63,374 nt of DNA from Octopus bimaculoides (GCF_001194135.2 NC_068987.1:86681674-86745047); one strand, 5' to 3'; numbered from the stretch's first letter, positions 41,843-54,683 are shown. The notes: generated by a model from the letters alone, not told the origin. Translations and numbers: made by a program.

Positions 41843-42355
41843 TCCCAGCTGTATCCTCGTTACACAAGAAAAGCCATTGCCAAAAATACTTACTGAAATG
41901 ATTTCATGATTGTTGCCAAGTGATGCCCTTATATGACTTTCAAGCCCGGCCAAGCTTTTACACATTGTATTACATACTGCACAACTGTGCTGGCTGGCAG
42001 GAGAAACAGGTGCCACCATATGCACTCTTTTTACATGTCTTTTTAGACCTCCAACTGAGAGGCACACTCTACCATATTTTACATATGTTCTGTTATGAAT
42101 TTTAATGACCACATCATTGTTTATCATTGGTCGATTTCTGTAAGAATTTTGATGGCTCACCAGGCCTGCACGACTCAAACACCTCCTGCCACAAACCTCA
42201 CACAAAAAGCAACACTCTCTCACTTTCCACAGGTTCTTCCTTCTAATCCCCCTTCTAATTCTCTCGTACTTCACTCTCTCCCTCTCAGACATTGAACAAC
42301 CAGCATGCACTGTATTCCTCCATCCACCACGGTCTTGTGCCTCCCTCTCCCAATT
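41843..42355 (-). mobile_element. RTE-type LINE 3' end with three C2H2-like zinc fingers, flanked by (CATA)n
   Basis: WEREAQDRGGWRNTVHAG..ERER...RRK, then CEVCGRRCLSRAGLVSH, YVKYGRVCLSVGGLKRHVKRVH and CAVCNTMCKSLAGLESH; one open frame. Confidence 0.75.
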
Positions 42356-43496
42356 ACATACATTCATACATACATACATACATACATACATACATACATA
42401 CATACATACATACATACGTACATACATGCATACATACATACATACATACATACATACATAGACACGTGCTTCTTCGAAGCTTCTGTAATATAAACAAGTA
42501 ATGTTCGTAGTCACATCAAAATGGCTGCCGTTCGAATGGACTTTACTGCGATTTTTTTTAACCCCAAGAGGACATCACTTCTAGCTGGTTACTATATACA
42601 GCTGTATCCGGGATAATGCAAGCAGGGTAACGAACCCCTACGACTTTCTAATAGACAAGGTGTCTAGGACTGAAGAGAGGCAGAAATAGTGTGTATTTCA
42701 ATATATATATATATGGATACACACAAACACACTCATATGTATCTCTCTCTCTCTCTCTCTNNNNNNNNNNNNNNNNNNNNNNNNNNNNNNNNNNNNNNNN
42801 NNNNNNNNNNNNNNNNNNNNNNNNNNNNNNNNNNNNNNNNNNNNNNNNNNNNNNNNNNNNNNNNNNNNNNNNNNNNNNNNNNNNNNNNNNNNNNNNNNNN
42901 NNNNNNNNNNNNNNNNNNNNNNNNNNNNNNNNNNNNNNNNNNNNNNNNNNNNNNNNNNNNNNNNNNNNNNNNNNNNNNNNNNNNNNNNNNNNNTATATTA
43001 ATGGATGCTTTTACCGAATTATTTTGTAATGCTCCCCCAAATTACCAATAGCCTACGCTTCAGCTGCGCTGCGCATTTCCACTCGCATGTGATGCGGAAG
43101 ACATGAAAGAATAATATTACCGAATGATATTGTTTTCCTTTCATCACGTATTTGATCCAGCTTCAGAATGTTATATCCCAACCTGTTTATACTTTTGCTC
43201 CTTTAACCCTTACGGTAAATCTAACAGCAGTTTATTAAAAGTTTCTATCTTCCTCACCTAAACGTGTGTGCGAGTGTGTGCGTGTGAGTGTGTTTGTGTG
43301 TCTGTTTGTGTAGGTATGTGTGTGTGCATGTATGCTTGTGTCTATTACATTATTTTGTGTATGTTATATATTTGTGTAATGTGTACGTAATGGTGTCATG
43401 TACACATGTACGTTTGAACTCAGCAGGTTCACTTTTCCTGTTATTTACGTCTATATTGTTACAAATGAACAGATATACCCTCATACACACACACAC

Positions 43497-43879
43497 GTAA
43501 TGTGGCACTCCGTCAGTTACGACGACGAGGGTTCCAGTTGATCCGATCAACCGAACAGCCTGCTCGTGAAATTAACGTGCAGGCGGCTGAGCACTCTACA
43601 GATAAGTGTACCCTTAACGTAGTCTTCGGGGAGATTCAGCGTGAGACAGTGTGTGACAAGGCTGGCCCTTAGAAATACAGGTACAGCAGAAACAGAAAAA
43701 GAGAGAGAGAAAGTAGTGGTGAAAGAATACAGCAGGGTTCATCACCAACTGCTGCCGGTGCCTCGTGGGTCTTTAGGTTTTTTCGCTCGATAAACTCTCA
43801 CAACGCCCGGTCTGGGAATCGGAGCCGCAATCCCACGACCGCGAGTCCGTTGCCCTAATCACTGGGCCATTGCGCCTCC
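43497..43879 (-). mobile_element. SINE family C, full-length
   Basis: Head ggaggcgcaatggcccagtgattagggcaacggactcgcggtc..gattcccagaccggg; matches 29745-30118. Confidence 0.9.
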
Positions 43880-44181
43880 ACACACACACGTATATGAGTG
43901 CAAGCACTCACACATATCAATATGTCGATGTGCGTGTATGTGTGGAGTGTGTATAGGTCGTTGCATCCACGATTGGATGTGTCCAGCCAATTGATTTGGG
44001 CAGCCGTACCCAATGGCTCCATTTATTTGCATAATGCTTTCCAACGTGACATATCATAAGTTATAAGAAAAAATAGTTGTTTTTCTACCAAACAGAGTAA
44101 ACCTAGATAGCTTCCTTCCTCGCCTCTTTCGTCCTGTTCCCCTGTTTCTCATATATAATGTTAATATCATCATGCCTCCAT

Positions 44182-44590
44182 AAGGCGGCGAGCTGTGACA
44201 AAATGCTTAACGGCATTTCGTCTGTCTCCATGATCTCGGTTCAAATTCCTCCGAGGTCGACTTTGCCTTCCATCCATTCGGGTGTCGATAAATTAAGTAC
44301 CAGCTATGCACTGGGGTCGATACAAACGTCTAGAACCCTACCCCACCCTACAATTTCTAGCCTTGTGCCAAAATTTGAATCCAGTATTATCACGACTCTA
44401 AAGGCGGCGAGCTGGTAGAATCGTTAGCACGCCGGGCAATATGCTTAGCGGCATTTCGTCCATCTTTATGTCCTGAGTTCAAATCCTACCATGATCGACT
44501 TTGGCTTTCATCTTTTCGAGTCCTGGGTTCGATGTAATCCACTTAATCCCTTCTCCGAAACTGTTGTCCTTGTGCTAAAATTTGACATCA
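44182..44590 (+). mobile_element. Head-to-tail dimer of SINE family B
   Basis: aaggcggcgagctg at 44182 and at 44401; each unit ends aaatttga..cagtattatcacga. Confidence 0.85.
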
Positions 44591-45030
44591 GTATTATCAC
44601 GATTCCATCCTAGAGGAACATACTACTGAAACATTCATAAAACCTTATAAAAGCCTGTAGGGTTTCATTTCTACCTCTTAATTTGATTTGTTCTCAGAAT
44701 TTGTATAGTGTTTTGTATATAATTCATATTTTTTGACTGGGTTTTATGGCGTGAACTGCATTCGAAAAACAATAAATTGAATGCGAAGAAATGATACGTT
44801 GTGAATTCGTCTCGTTTACATATATACACATAAAATTATAACCTGTATTTAAAAGATGTATTTATATATTGAGTTATGAACTTGGTGTTGGAGAGAGAAA
44901 AAGATACAGGACCCAAGCATTACTGTTACTTCTGCCAAATATTGGTTTCGGATTTTCGCGTAATACCAGCAAGTTCTGTGAGTGGGTGTAAGTCAAATGC
45001 TCAACAACAATGCTCAACACCAATGCTCAA

Positions 45031-45161
45031 CTGGTAGTTATCTTTATCGATCCTGAAAGGGTTGAAAGTCAAAGACGTCCTTCATGGAATTTTGAACTGA
45101 AAACGTGAAGGTGAATGCACTACCTCGAAGCATTGTGTGTGGGTTGCTAACGACTCGCCGC
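45031..45161 (-). mobile_element. SINE family B, old copy
   Basis: tttatcgatcctgaaagggttgaaagtcaaag...gctaacgactcgccgc. Confidence 0.55.
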
Positions 45162-46194
45162 TCTACTTTTGCCAAATATTAAGAAAAATATATATTCGAT
45201 TTTGCATACTTTTTATTGTTATAAATATATTTTCTTTCACTATATTTTTATTTTAATACTAAAAAAAATTTTGATTAGATATAAAGGAAAGCACTAAAAA
45301 AATCCTGCATTTTTGGAAATTTCCCCAAATATATAGATCGTAAAATGTACATTGTTTTGATTGGAGTTCAATTTAGTAATTCCAGACAATTTCAACTTAT
45401 CGCAGTTGTGTCTTATTTTGGATGAAAATGTCTTAATGCCAACAAATGAGTAAGAAGAACGTTCAGAAAATCCATCAAAACTATAATTTTCTATTTTCTT
45501 CTTTTTAATCAGGGAACATTTTAAATTACTATATGTCTGCTGATAAAAGTAAACGATTATATTTCTTTTCCGAATTTAATAGACTTTCATGTCTTTGCAT
45601 GAGATTAAATTTCCGACAAAAATCTAAAATTGAGAATTGAAGTATTATTGAATCAAGAAAAATGTAGCAGACATCTTAAAAGAAGCTTATTGAAAGCATG
45701 CAAGCAAAAAGTAAATCCAAAATTTCTTAATGCATACACGATTAGAATTACACATACATAATTGGGAATGTTACATATTAACGTTTCTAAACCACAAAAA
45801 GTTCTTGCATTCGAAAAGCTCTTACGTTAAGAGTAAAATTTAATGGTATACTTTTGGGTGTATTTGTCTGTTAGACTGGATGAGAAATAAAAGTTATTTA
45901 CAGAAATCTGTTTATCTGATTTTCTTCTTTTTATTGATTAGTTTTTATGTTTTGTATCAGTCATAGATTGTGGTTTTGCTAGGACACTACTTTGTAAACA
46001 TTTAGCCAAACAAATCGACTTCATTACTTAATCTCATTTTATAGTCTGGTACATGTTCTATCGATCTTTTGTTGTCGAACAGCATTGTTACGTTGACGTG
46101 AACAAACCATCACCAGTTGCCAATGAGGATTGAGAGGACAAGCACAAACACACAAACGTACATACACGCACTCACACATACAGAAGCACAAGCA

Positions 46195-46340
46195 CACTCA
46201 CACATATACACACACTCACACATATACACACACACACGTAACTATAGATATTTTCGTAAACAAAAATCTTACTCACAAGGCGTTGGCTGGCCCTGAGCTA
46301 TAGTAGAACTCACATACGCTCAGTGGAACTGAATTAACGG
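46195..46340 (-). mobile_element. SINE family A, old fragment
   Basis: aaatcttactcacaaggcgttggctggccctgagctatagtagaa. Confidence 0.5.
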
Positions 46341-46519
46341 TCAGGCATGGGAATCCGTCCGAAAGGTGTAATGACAGTTGCTTCTGGCAGGACCGCATGG
46401 AGGAAGTGCTTGCATAGTGTGACCATATGGCTCTCCATAACAGCCGGCAGAGAAAATGAATGACTAGCTACAGTTTGTCGAAGTTTATGATATAAAATAG
46501 TAAGGGGATATTTAATTGC

Positions 46520-46624
46520 AGTAAAGATTATTTGCCAACATAACATGGCAGTCCTGGGGCTAAATTACAGCAACATTCGTCCTAAACAAGGACTGCCATG
46601 TTATGTTGGCAAATAATCTTTACT
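46520..46624. mobile_element. Small MITE-like hairpin: perfect 36-bp inverted repeats with a 33-nt spacer
   Basis: agtaaagattatttgccaacataacatggcagtcct (46520-46555) and its exact reverse complement (46589-46624); a related partial copy lies at 11475-11504. Confidence 0.75.
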
Positions 46625-46679
46625 CCAAAGTACTGTTGCTGAATATCTCTCGTTGTGAGATTTACAAATGGTAATTTTC

Positions 46680-46846
46680 TGTACATTAATTGCATTATTT
46701 ACATTCGACGGATATTTGTTCTCATCTTGCGTGTTGTTAACACACCGATTCGGCTGATGTATCCTCCAGGCTCCTTCGGGTGTCTTGGGGAAATTTCGAA
46801 CCTGGGTTCTGATTCCTGAGGTATTTTTCGATGTTATTATTATTAC

Positions 46847-46890
<44 letters not shown>

Positions 46891-46970
46891 GTGTTCAGGT
46901 CACTGCTTCGAATCGAACTCGGAATTTTGGAATTAGTAGCCCGCGCTCTTAATCACTACGCCATACGCCC
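46680..46970 (-). mobile_element. tRNA-headed element with an internal (AAT)n and a Penelope-like 3' part
   Basis: Minus strand: tggcgtagtgattaagagcgcgggctac...gagttcgattc head (46899-46968), (AAT)n, then gacac-ccgaagg-...-gaat-cggt-gtgt. Confidence 0.6.
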
Positions 46971-47938
46971 GTGAGAAATTAATACCGCTTCCCATATTCT
47001 GCTCCTCCCTTACTAACTAAAGTATAACGGGTACACGAACAAGCAGATTATTATATAGATAAGAAAGTACAATTTACCACAGAGTAATTATGTTGCCCAA
47101 CAGTTGCGCATCGCTATATGAATGTCCGTAGGAATGGTGTCTCTTCCTCTCTACCTACTCATAGCAACCTAATATAATTGGGTCCGTTCAGTCGATAATA
47201 CTAATCTTCTGAAACGAAATTGGTCGTATAAGCTGTATTTAGTAAAAAGACGCCATTAAAATTGTCAATATTCATTGTAATGGTTATTCACCTGAGAATA
47301 GTAAAAAATTAGTTTAGCCACGGCCCAAGTGCTGCTCTCACTTTTTATAGATGTGATCTGTCATCACTTCGACATTGATCTAAATATTTAACGAGAATAC
47401 AATTGACGATTTCTTTTCTTCTGTTTTAAAGAATATCTCATCTTAATTGTTTATCATTTGATCTTTAATATTGTATTTTCATTACCTTATCTGATGTTTT
47501 ACTTTTACTGTTATGACTCGACTTTGATTTCTATAGATATTCGCTTTATTGTTTGCCTTTGTTTATATCATTTCTGAATATAATATCATTGTTTTTACGC
47601 TCTCGAGTCATTTTCAGGCTCGATTATAATTTTCTTTATTCTTTTATGTAAAAGAGTTTTTCATTTTACTTTTTTCTTCTTCATTGTTAAAGATAGAAAT
47701 CTAAACCAACTTTACGCTTATTGATTTGAGTAGCTTTTATTGATCTCAAAGTCTTCTAGGTGCGAGCAGCGAATTGTTATAGAAAGTTCGTGTTGAGCTT
47801 ATTCAGCAACCCTTGGCAGGTTCCCAGAGATGCTTCGACCTTGTCTAACCAATATTTTTCATAGAATTTTTTCAAGATAATTATATATTTTTCTCGTGAT
47901 GAATAGCTTTGTGAAGTGATATTGGTTTCTTAACCGTA

Positions 47939-47940
<2 letters not shown>

Positions 47941-48009
<69 letters not shown>

Positions 48010-48080
48010 ATAATAATAATAATAATANNNNNNNNNNTAATAATAATAATAATAATAATAATAATGATAATAATAATTAT
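47941..48080. repeat. Compound (GTA)n-(TAA)n microsatellite with a 10-N gap
   Basis: Direct reading. Confidence 0.95.
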
Positions 48081-50429
48081 TGTTAGACAAAGTGTATATC
48101 AAAGAGATAGTTTCCTTATTGTCTTCTTGTGATAATATGTTATTCATTTTCTGTATCAGAGCGTGGAATGGATATAGTAAATTTAGTTGCTATCATAGCA
48201 TGAGTTTTGCATATTTATCATTGAGGTATCATTAGAAAATAAACCTTTAAGTGATATGAAATAAGATATTAAGTGGGGAATCTGACTACCGTCACACAAT
48301 CAGTTTAGCGTTCCACACTAATTTCTATAGTGTTAGCCGTAATATCGATTCTGTAAATTGTCTGAACATAATGATGCTTATAAGGAAATATTTGACGATA
48401 TAATCCGTTAATCTTTTACAAACATTAACATCGTCTGCGATGGGATTTTCATTCGGAACTAAGTGGACCAAATGTGGACCGGTTTGTACTTAACGTGCCA
48501 ATTCTGATGTGTTTGTCGCAATACTCCATCTAGTATTTCACCAAATTACACAAGGAGTTATTTTTAGGTTTTGATCACTCATGTTTATAAACAATATGCT
48601 AAACAGTAGGTCGGGGACATTTCTCACCATGTAGAACGTCAAAAATATAAACTATACAAAATGCTGAGAGTAAAACACTGGAAACATCAACATAAGAGAC
48701 TTAATCTAAAACATATATGATTGTTTAACAAAGAAATAATCATAATTCAAATGCTTATGTTTGACGCCATGAATAAATTTGAAATGATGGCATTTAGGTG
48801 CTTCCATAATAGAATAAATCGAAATATTTCCAGTTGTTCGAAAATTAGGAGCAACAGACAAACATCCATCATTAAACCAATACGAAGTACACCGATCACA
48901 AACTGAGAAGAATTGTATTCATTTTATCTGTATACGGAGTAAGGGAACAATTATGTTAGCACTTTCTGAATCTGCCGAGAAGATCCATTGCGACAAACAG
49001 AGAAGTAAAACCTAAGAGGAAACTCAATTTATTATATTTGTAACTTGATTTCTCCATTGCAGACGCTAAAGGAAATATATATACAAATATGACATATCAA
49101 AACAGCATGCACCATAAATGGTCTATTTAAGTTGACAATTCTTTACATCGTGGTTTGGTGAGTATATGGTCCAGACACCTAATTGAGAATACATAGAAAT
49201 GACAGTTTCGCGAATTACATCCATAGAAATTTATGTATGAAAAGGAAGTCCCCTAGAAACAGACAAGAGTTATTAGCATTCTACTGACAGTGTTATAATG
49301 AATGACAATGGTGTGCGTTTCGTGGATATATAAACACACATTGATAAGAATATAACTGTAGACAGCTTTCTTGTTATAAGTGGCGTAGATTTAACAGATT
49401 TTAAATTTATAGATATCGCTTGCCAGTCAAACATCACTTTAAGTGAAGTAGGTTCAAATATAAAGGATTTATAAATAGAATTTTTAAAAGTTGTTAAGAA
49501 ATATTCGAAATGCATAATACCGACACAAAATATTCATTCTCCTCATATGAACATTCACAGAATTTATATGTAATTCAAAGAAGAATATTGAAACACTGCC
49601 TTCTGTACGTGAGGTTTCTTTCTTCATAGCTTTTTTTTTAACGTGTATTGTACGTTCAAATTTACGCTATACTAATGGTTAATGCATGGTATCGACAAAA
49701 GATACTGCTGAGATCAAGATGAAAATTACGATAAAACTTTTTGCAAAATTAGTCACGTGCTCACATATTTTGCAACCGTAAACGAAGTTTTTAAAATGGC
49801 ATTGTTGCTAGAATGTCGAATAAAAATCAGATCAGCTTTTTCTCTGAGTAAAAATTCATCCTAAAATGTACTTGCACTGGCATTTCTCTTTCCTGCAATA
49901 GTTTTTATTTATCTCCAGGTCCACAAATAGAGTGTAATGGATTTGTGGAATTGTTAAAGAATGGGGAATATATATGGCTGATGTTCTTGCTTTTTAAGTT
50001 TGAATCCAAGTTAGAAGTCTCTAGGGTGAAGATTAATGACCCAACCATATGCGCCGCATCCAACAGTCATTTAACCAGCGCTGATAATTAGGCTTACAGC
50101 GGGCATTCATGATCATGCAACGACATGATGATCGCGACGCCAAAATGGGATCGAATTCAGCGGAATGGAGCCCTCGATTAAATTGATTTTAATATTTGGA
50201 TGTTATGTGAAGGACTGGATACGACATGGCAAATGATGTGCAGATCTGCATAGACCTGCATTGATACTGTGACTCCAGCGTTTCCTTGAAAGTGAACAGG
50301 TGCGGTCGCTGCTTGCTACCAGCGCTTTTCATACCAAAACTCATTGATAGACCTACTGTTCTGGATCTAGTGTAGACGAATCAGGACATTTGTACCCATA
50401 GACTACCATCAAATACATACAGTACTACA

Positions 50430-50582
50430 GGCGCAGGAGTGACTGTGTATTAAGTAGCTTGCTTACCAACCACATGGTTCCGGGTTCAGTCCCACTTCGT
50501 GGCACCGTGGACAAGTGTCTTCTACTATAGCCTCGGGCCGACCAAACCCTTGTGAGTGGATTTGGTAGACGGAAACTGAAAG
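50430..50582 (+). mobile_element. SINE family A, 5' half
   Basis: ggcgcaggagtgactgtgt...ggttccgggttcagtccc...gtagacggaaactgaaaga; close to the consensus of the other copies. Confidence 0.9.
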
Positions 50583-51737
50583 ACATGGGGTATTTATCTT
50601 GACGCATGGTCATCATGTCACGCACATATGCTTGCAATGCATGTGTCTTGTGTACGATTATGAGATGGGTAGTCATGACGGGCACATTTGGCTCCGTATA
50701 TTTGTACCCCCAGCGTTTCTTTGATGCCATGCGCTTCTCTGTCGCTCAATATGAAAATATGCACGAGAGAAAGAAAAATGAAGAATGACAGCTGGAAAAT
50801 GAAAATAGAAACAATGAAAAAGCGAATTCTCATTAATGTGTTGCCAATGTTTTTGTTGTTGTTTTTGTTGTTTAGCTGACCTTTGATGGAAGGTTTTCAA
50901 CACGTGACCGCCAACCATTTTTTTATCGTCATCCAATATTGTTTTTGCCGTTTTCAAGGCAGTTATTTCAGCAACAAGACTTGTCTTCATTTCTTGTTAT
51001 TTTCAGCAGTCTTGAAATTCGAAAGACATATTTGTAAGTATATTTTATAAGACTCATCCCAACAGAAATCTTATCGCTTCTCAGTCAACATCGTTGTTCT
51101 AATAAAGTATTTCGCTTTCAGCAAAGTACACGGAAGTCTGTATCATTAGCGCTTCTTGTTATCCACACATATATCAGAATGATTTTGCACTCACGATATA
51201 TTTCATAATTAATATTATCAATTTACCTTTGTCACCGTGAGACTAAAAAAGTGTAAAAAAAATATAACTATAAAATTATAATTAATGATTATTTCATTTA
51301 AAACTATTCAAGCAAGATATTAGTAATATGAACTTGACTAATGAAAATTATCAACAGCTCTGTAAAGCTAATCAGTACTTATAAAATCTGAAGAATTTAT
51401 TAAACATTTTTATTGCTTGAAGATAAGTATTCAAAACCAGTTCGTTACGTTTGAATAGTCTTTAGTGTAGCATAATATAAAGTTGCTTATAGTACGGTAA
51501 ACAGATATGTGCATATCTACCTATCTTTCTATCTATCTCTGTGTGTGTGTGTGTGTATGTGTACTTGTGTGGCTACGCTAAAATAAGTAAAGGTCGGTAT
51601 ATCTTCTAGAAACATGTTTTTAAAAATGGGTTATTTGAATCAGGCACAGAAACTAAATATTTGGTGATGTACGTCACACTACCATATCTAGGTATGAATT
51701 GCTACAAGCTGAAATTTTGCAGGTGCATAAATTGATA

Positions 51738-51782
<45 letters not shown>

Positions 51783-52012
51783 TTAGAAACAGGAATAAAA
51801 ATCATCAATGCAAAAATTAATGTAATTTTGAAATATATCATAAAATCGTAATTCCAATTTTCACAAGTCCGTTTACAACTTCTGCGATAATAATAATTTT
51901 CTCTAATTTTGGCACTAGGTTGGCAATTCTTAATATATATAGTGGCGCTATTTAAGAACGACATTAAGAGCGCCATTTAAGAACGCTTCTATACTAACGT
52001 TAAAATGGTATG

Positions 52013-52053
<41 letters not shown>

Positions 52054-52319
52054 GTTGTAATTTGTGAATTAAGATGTAGATCAAAATGAAGAAAATTTCA
52101 CGAGCATCAATCTGGTATACAATTTTACAGCGTAACATCAACATATTAATTTTAAATTAAAAATAACTTTATTTTGCGTTATTTACGTCGCCACTTCATT
52201 TATGAACGAGTTGTAAAGTTTATTTATTTTCTTCCTTTTTTTTTGTCCTTTATTGACTAATATAAAGGTAGGGTAATTTGCATTCTGCTACGAGTTTTAA
52301 GTTACTTAATATTTGAGAT

Positions 52320-53320
52320 ACGTAAGAGACAATACCTAACACCAGAAAGCAGAGCGAGAATCGTTCAACTTAGTACTCTGAAAGGGTCATATAAAGCTAT
52401 TTCAAACGAAGTTTGACGCTTTTAAATAGCCATCTACAATGCTGTCCATCTTTATAAAGAAACTAATGATTATAAAGACCGCTCTCGACCTGGGCAACCA
52501 AGAAAAACAACGGCAAAAATGGAAAAATACATTCATAGACTGTCCCTTAAAAAAGCGAAAAATGACCGCTGTTGACATTTTAGAAGAAATTCGGCAAAAA
52601 TATTGACTTACCATTGAAATGTCCACCATAAAATCCGTCTCAAAGAATTTGGACTTCTAGGAAGAGTCTCTCGCAAAAAGCCAAACAATTCTTTAAAAAT
52701 ATCCACGTGGCCGAATACAGTTCGGAAAAGTGCATTTGAATTGGAGTCCAGCAGACTGGCCGAAAGTGTTGTGGTCGGACGTGTCAAAGTTCAATTTGTT
52801 CGGCAGTGATGGCAGGAAATATGTAAGAAGCTGTATAGTCGAAGATTATCATCCAGAATACATCCGACATACAATTAAGCACGGCAGTGGAAGTGTAATG
52901 GGGTGGGGCCATGTCTGGAAAAGGCGTCGGTCCTATAATCCGAATCAAGTGCATTATGGATAGTTAGTACTATCTAGAAATATTGGATAAGACTATGCTT
53001 CCATCAGTTCGAAAGCATTTGGGCCGATCTTGAACTTTCCAGGATGACAACGACCCGAAACATACCTCACATCTAGTCAGAGATTAGGTCTAAAAGAGTT
53101 CGGTTGACACAGTGACAAGCGCAGTCGCTCGACCTAAATTCTATCGAAAATCTTTAGGCAAGTTTGAATGAAGCTGTGCAAAGAAGTTAGCCAAAGAATA
53201 AGGATGATTTTTTTAAACATTATCAGCCAAAGTAGATGAAAAATCTCAGGAACAGTTATAAATGATCTGAACAATTCTATGTTTCGCTGATGCAAAGTTG
53301 TAGTAAGTAATTTTGGATAC
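52320..53320 (+). mobile_element. Near full-length Tc1 (DD34E) transposase pseudogene
   Basis: YKDRSRPGQPRKTT, WPKVLWSDVSKFNLFGSDGRKYVR, TIKHGSGSVMGWG, FQDDNDPKHTS and NxIENL motifs; multiple stops and frameshifts. Confidence 0.9.
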
Positions 53321-53595
53321 CCAACCAAATACTGATTGTGTGAGCTTCTTAATGTTTTTTGTTTGTTTGTTTTTTGTTGTTGATCTCAGAGTAAACTTTT
53401 CAAACCAACAAAAGAGAAATTTTACAAATTGTTCTTAAATTAAACATTGTAGGTTAAGTCACAGTGGTACCAGTACTCAAGTGGTATTTATTATGGCGAC
53501 CTTCGAAGAAATGAACGGCAAAGTGGGCCTTAGCCGAATTGAATCCATCGTATAATGAATCAAAAATTATCATTCTACCAGCTATTAACCTAAGT

Positions 53596-53698
53596 AATAA
53601 TAATAGTAATAATAATAATAATAAAATTAATAACAATAACAACAACAACAACACCAACAATGATAACAATAATAATAATGATAACAATAATAATAATG

Positions 53699-53758
<60 letters not shown>

Positions 53759-53782
53759 TTAATAATAATAATAATAGTAGTA

Positions 53783-53845
<63 letters not shown>
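53596..53845. repeat. (AAT)n microsatellite, imperfect
   Basis: Direct reading. Confidence 0.95.
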
Positions 53846-53846
<1 letters not shown>

Positions 53847-53859
53847 GAGAGACTCTTTT

Positions 53860-54102
53860 GAATAAGAGAGACTATGGAAAGTGCGGGTAAAATGCATCCC
53901 ACTAGTTATAGGTGCATTGGGAACTATCCCAAGATTTAAACTGATGGAGGAAAATAGGCATAAATCCACTTTAGTAGAGCTGCAGAAAACAGTGTTATTA
54001 AGGAGACCTAGGATATTTACGACGGTTCTTGGCATTTAACTTTACATGTTGTAGCCTGATGATAGGATTTTTTCTCATCCAAAAGTGTAATCTGTCATGT
54101 GT
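53860..54102 (+). mobile_element. 5'-truncated R4/Dong element: RLE endonuclease C-terminus plus 3' UTR
   Basis: RLWKVRVKCIPLVIGALGTIP...GINPLLVELQKTVLL matches the LWK....VIP.VIGALGT.P...ELQK.VLL motif; followed directly by (AAT)n. Confidence 0.85.
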
Positions 54103-54119
54103 ATAATAATAATAATAAT

Positions 54120-54194
<75 letters not shown>

Positions 54195-54233
54195 AAGAAG
54201 AAGAAGAAGAAGAAGAAGAAGAAGAAGAAGAAG
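54103..54233. repeat. Compound (AAT)n-(AAG)n microsatellite
   Basis: Direct reading. Confidence 0.95.
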
Positions 54234-54669
54234 AACATTGATGAGGGATGATGATGATGACGACGAGGACGACGACTACGATTTTCAAGCATGAATGCAA
54301 GGAATTACATTTCTACATGGCGTTTAGTGAATTTAAATTCCACCAAGTAAAAGAGTGGTTCATTACTATATCGAGACCGGAAGGCTGAGCAATTACCATG
54401 AAGGTGATTTCGAAATCTCTCTCAGAACTAAGCCAGGTGTAAATGAACATAGGAAAAGAAAAATAGTGCAAAATATAGTGTGAAAAATACCATTTGATAG
54501 AATATCTTATGGAAATAGATTCCTTATTCTGCCGGTAGGAACCGGCTATAATACTGCTACACGAACTGTATTCCACGACTTTCAACCGTCTAAACCAGAA
54601 ATCAGAAATTCAGCAGTTTGTTACCGTTTGTATAAAGCATTGGAAAGATGAGCATACACACAAAGTTAT

Positions 54670-54683
54670 ATAATTATCTATTC

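Noticed and set aside
43800-43879. tRNA-like sequences (also 29745-29810, 46899-46968 and the family A heads)
   Set aside because: These are SINE heads continuous with SINE bodies, and the acceptor stems do not close, so they are not called as tRNA genes.
48700-48903. Minus frame CDRCTSYWFNDGC, suggestive of an EGF/laminin motif
   Set aside because: No suitable donor, a second long frame is equally open, and the Cys spacing is incomplete.
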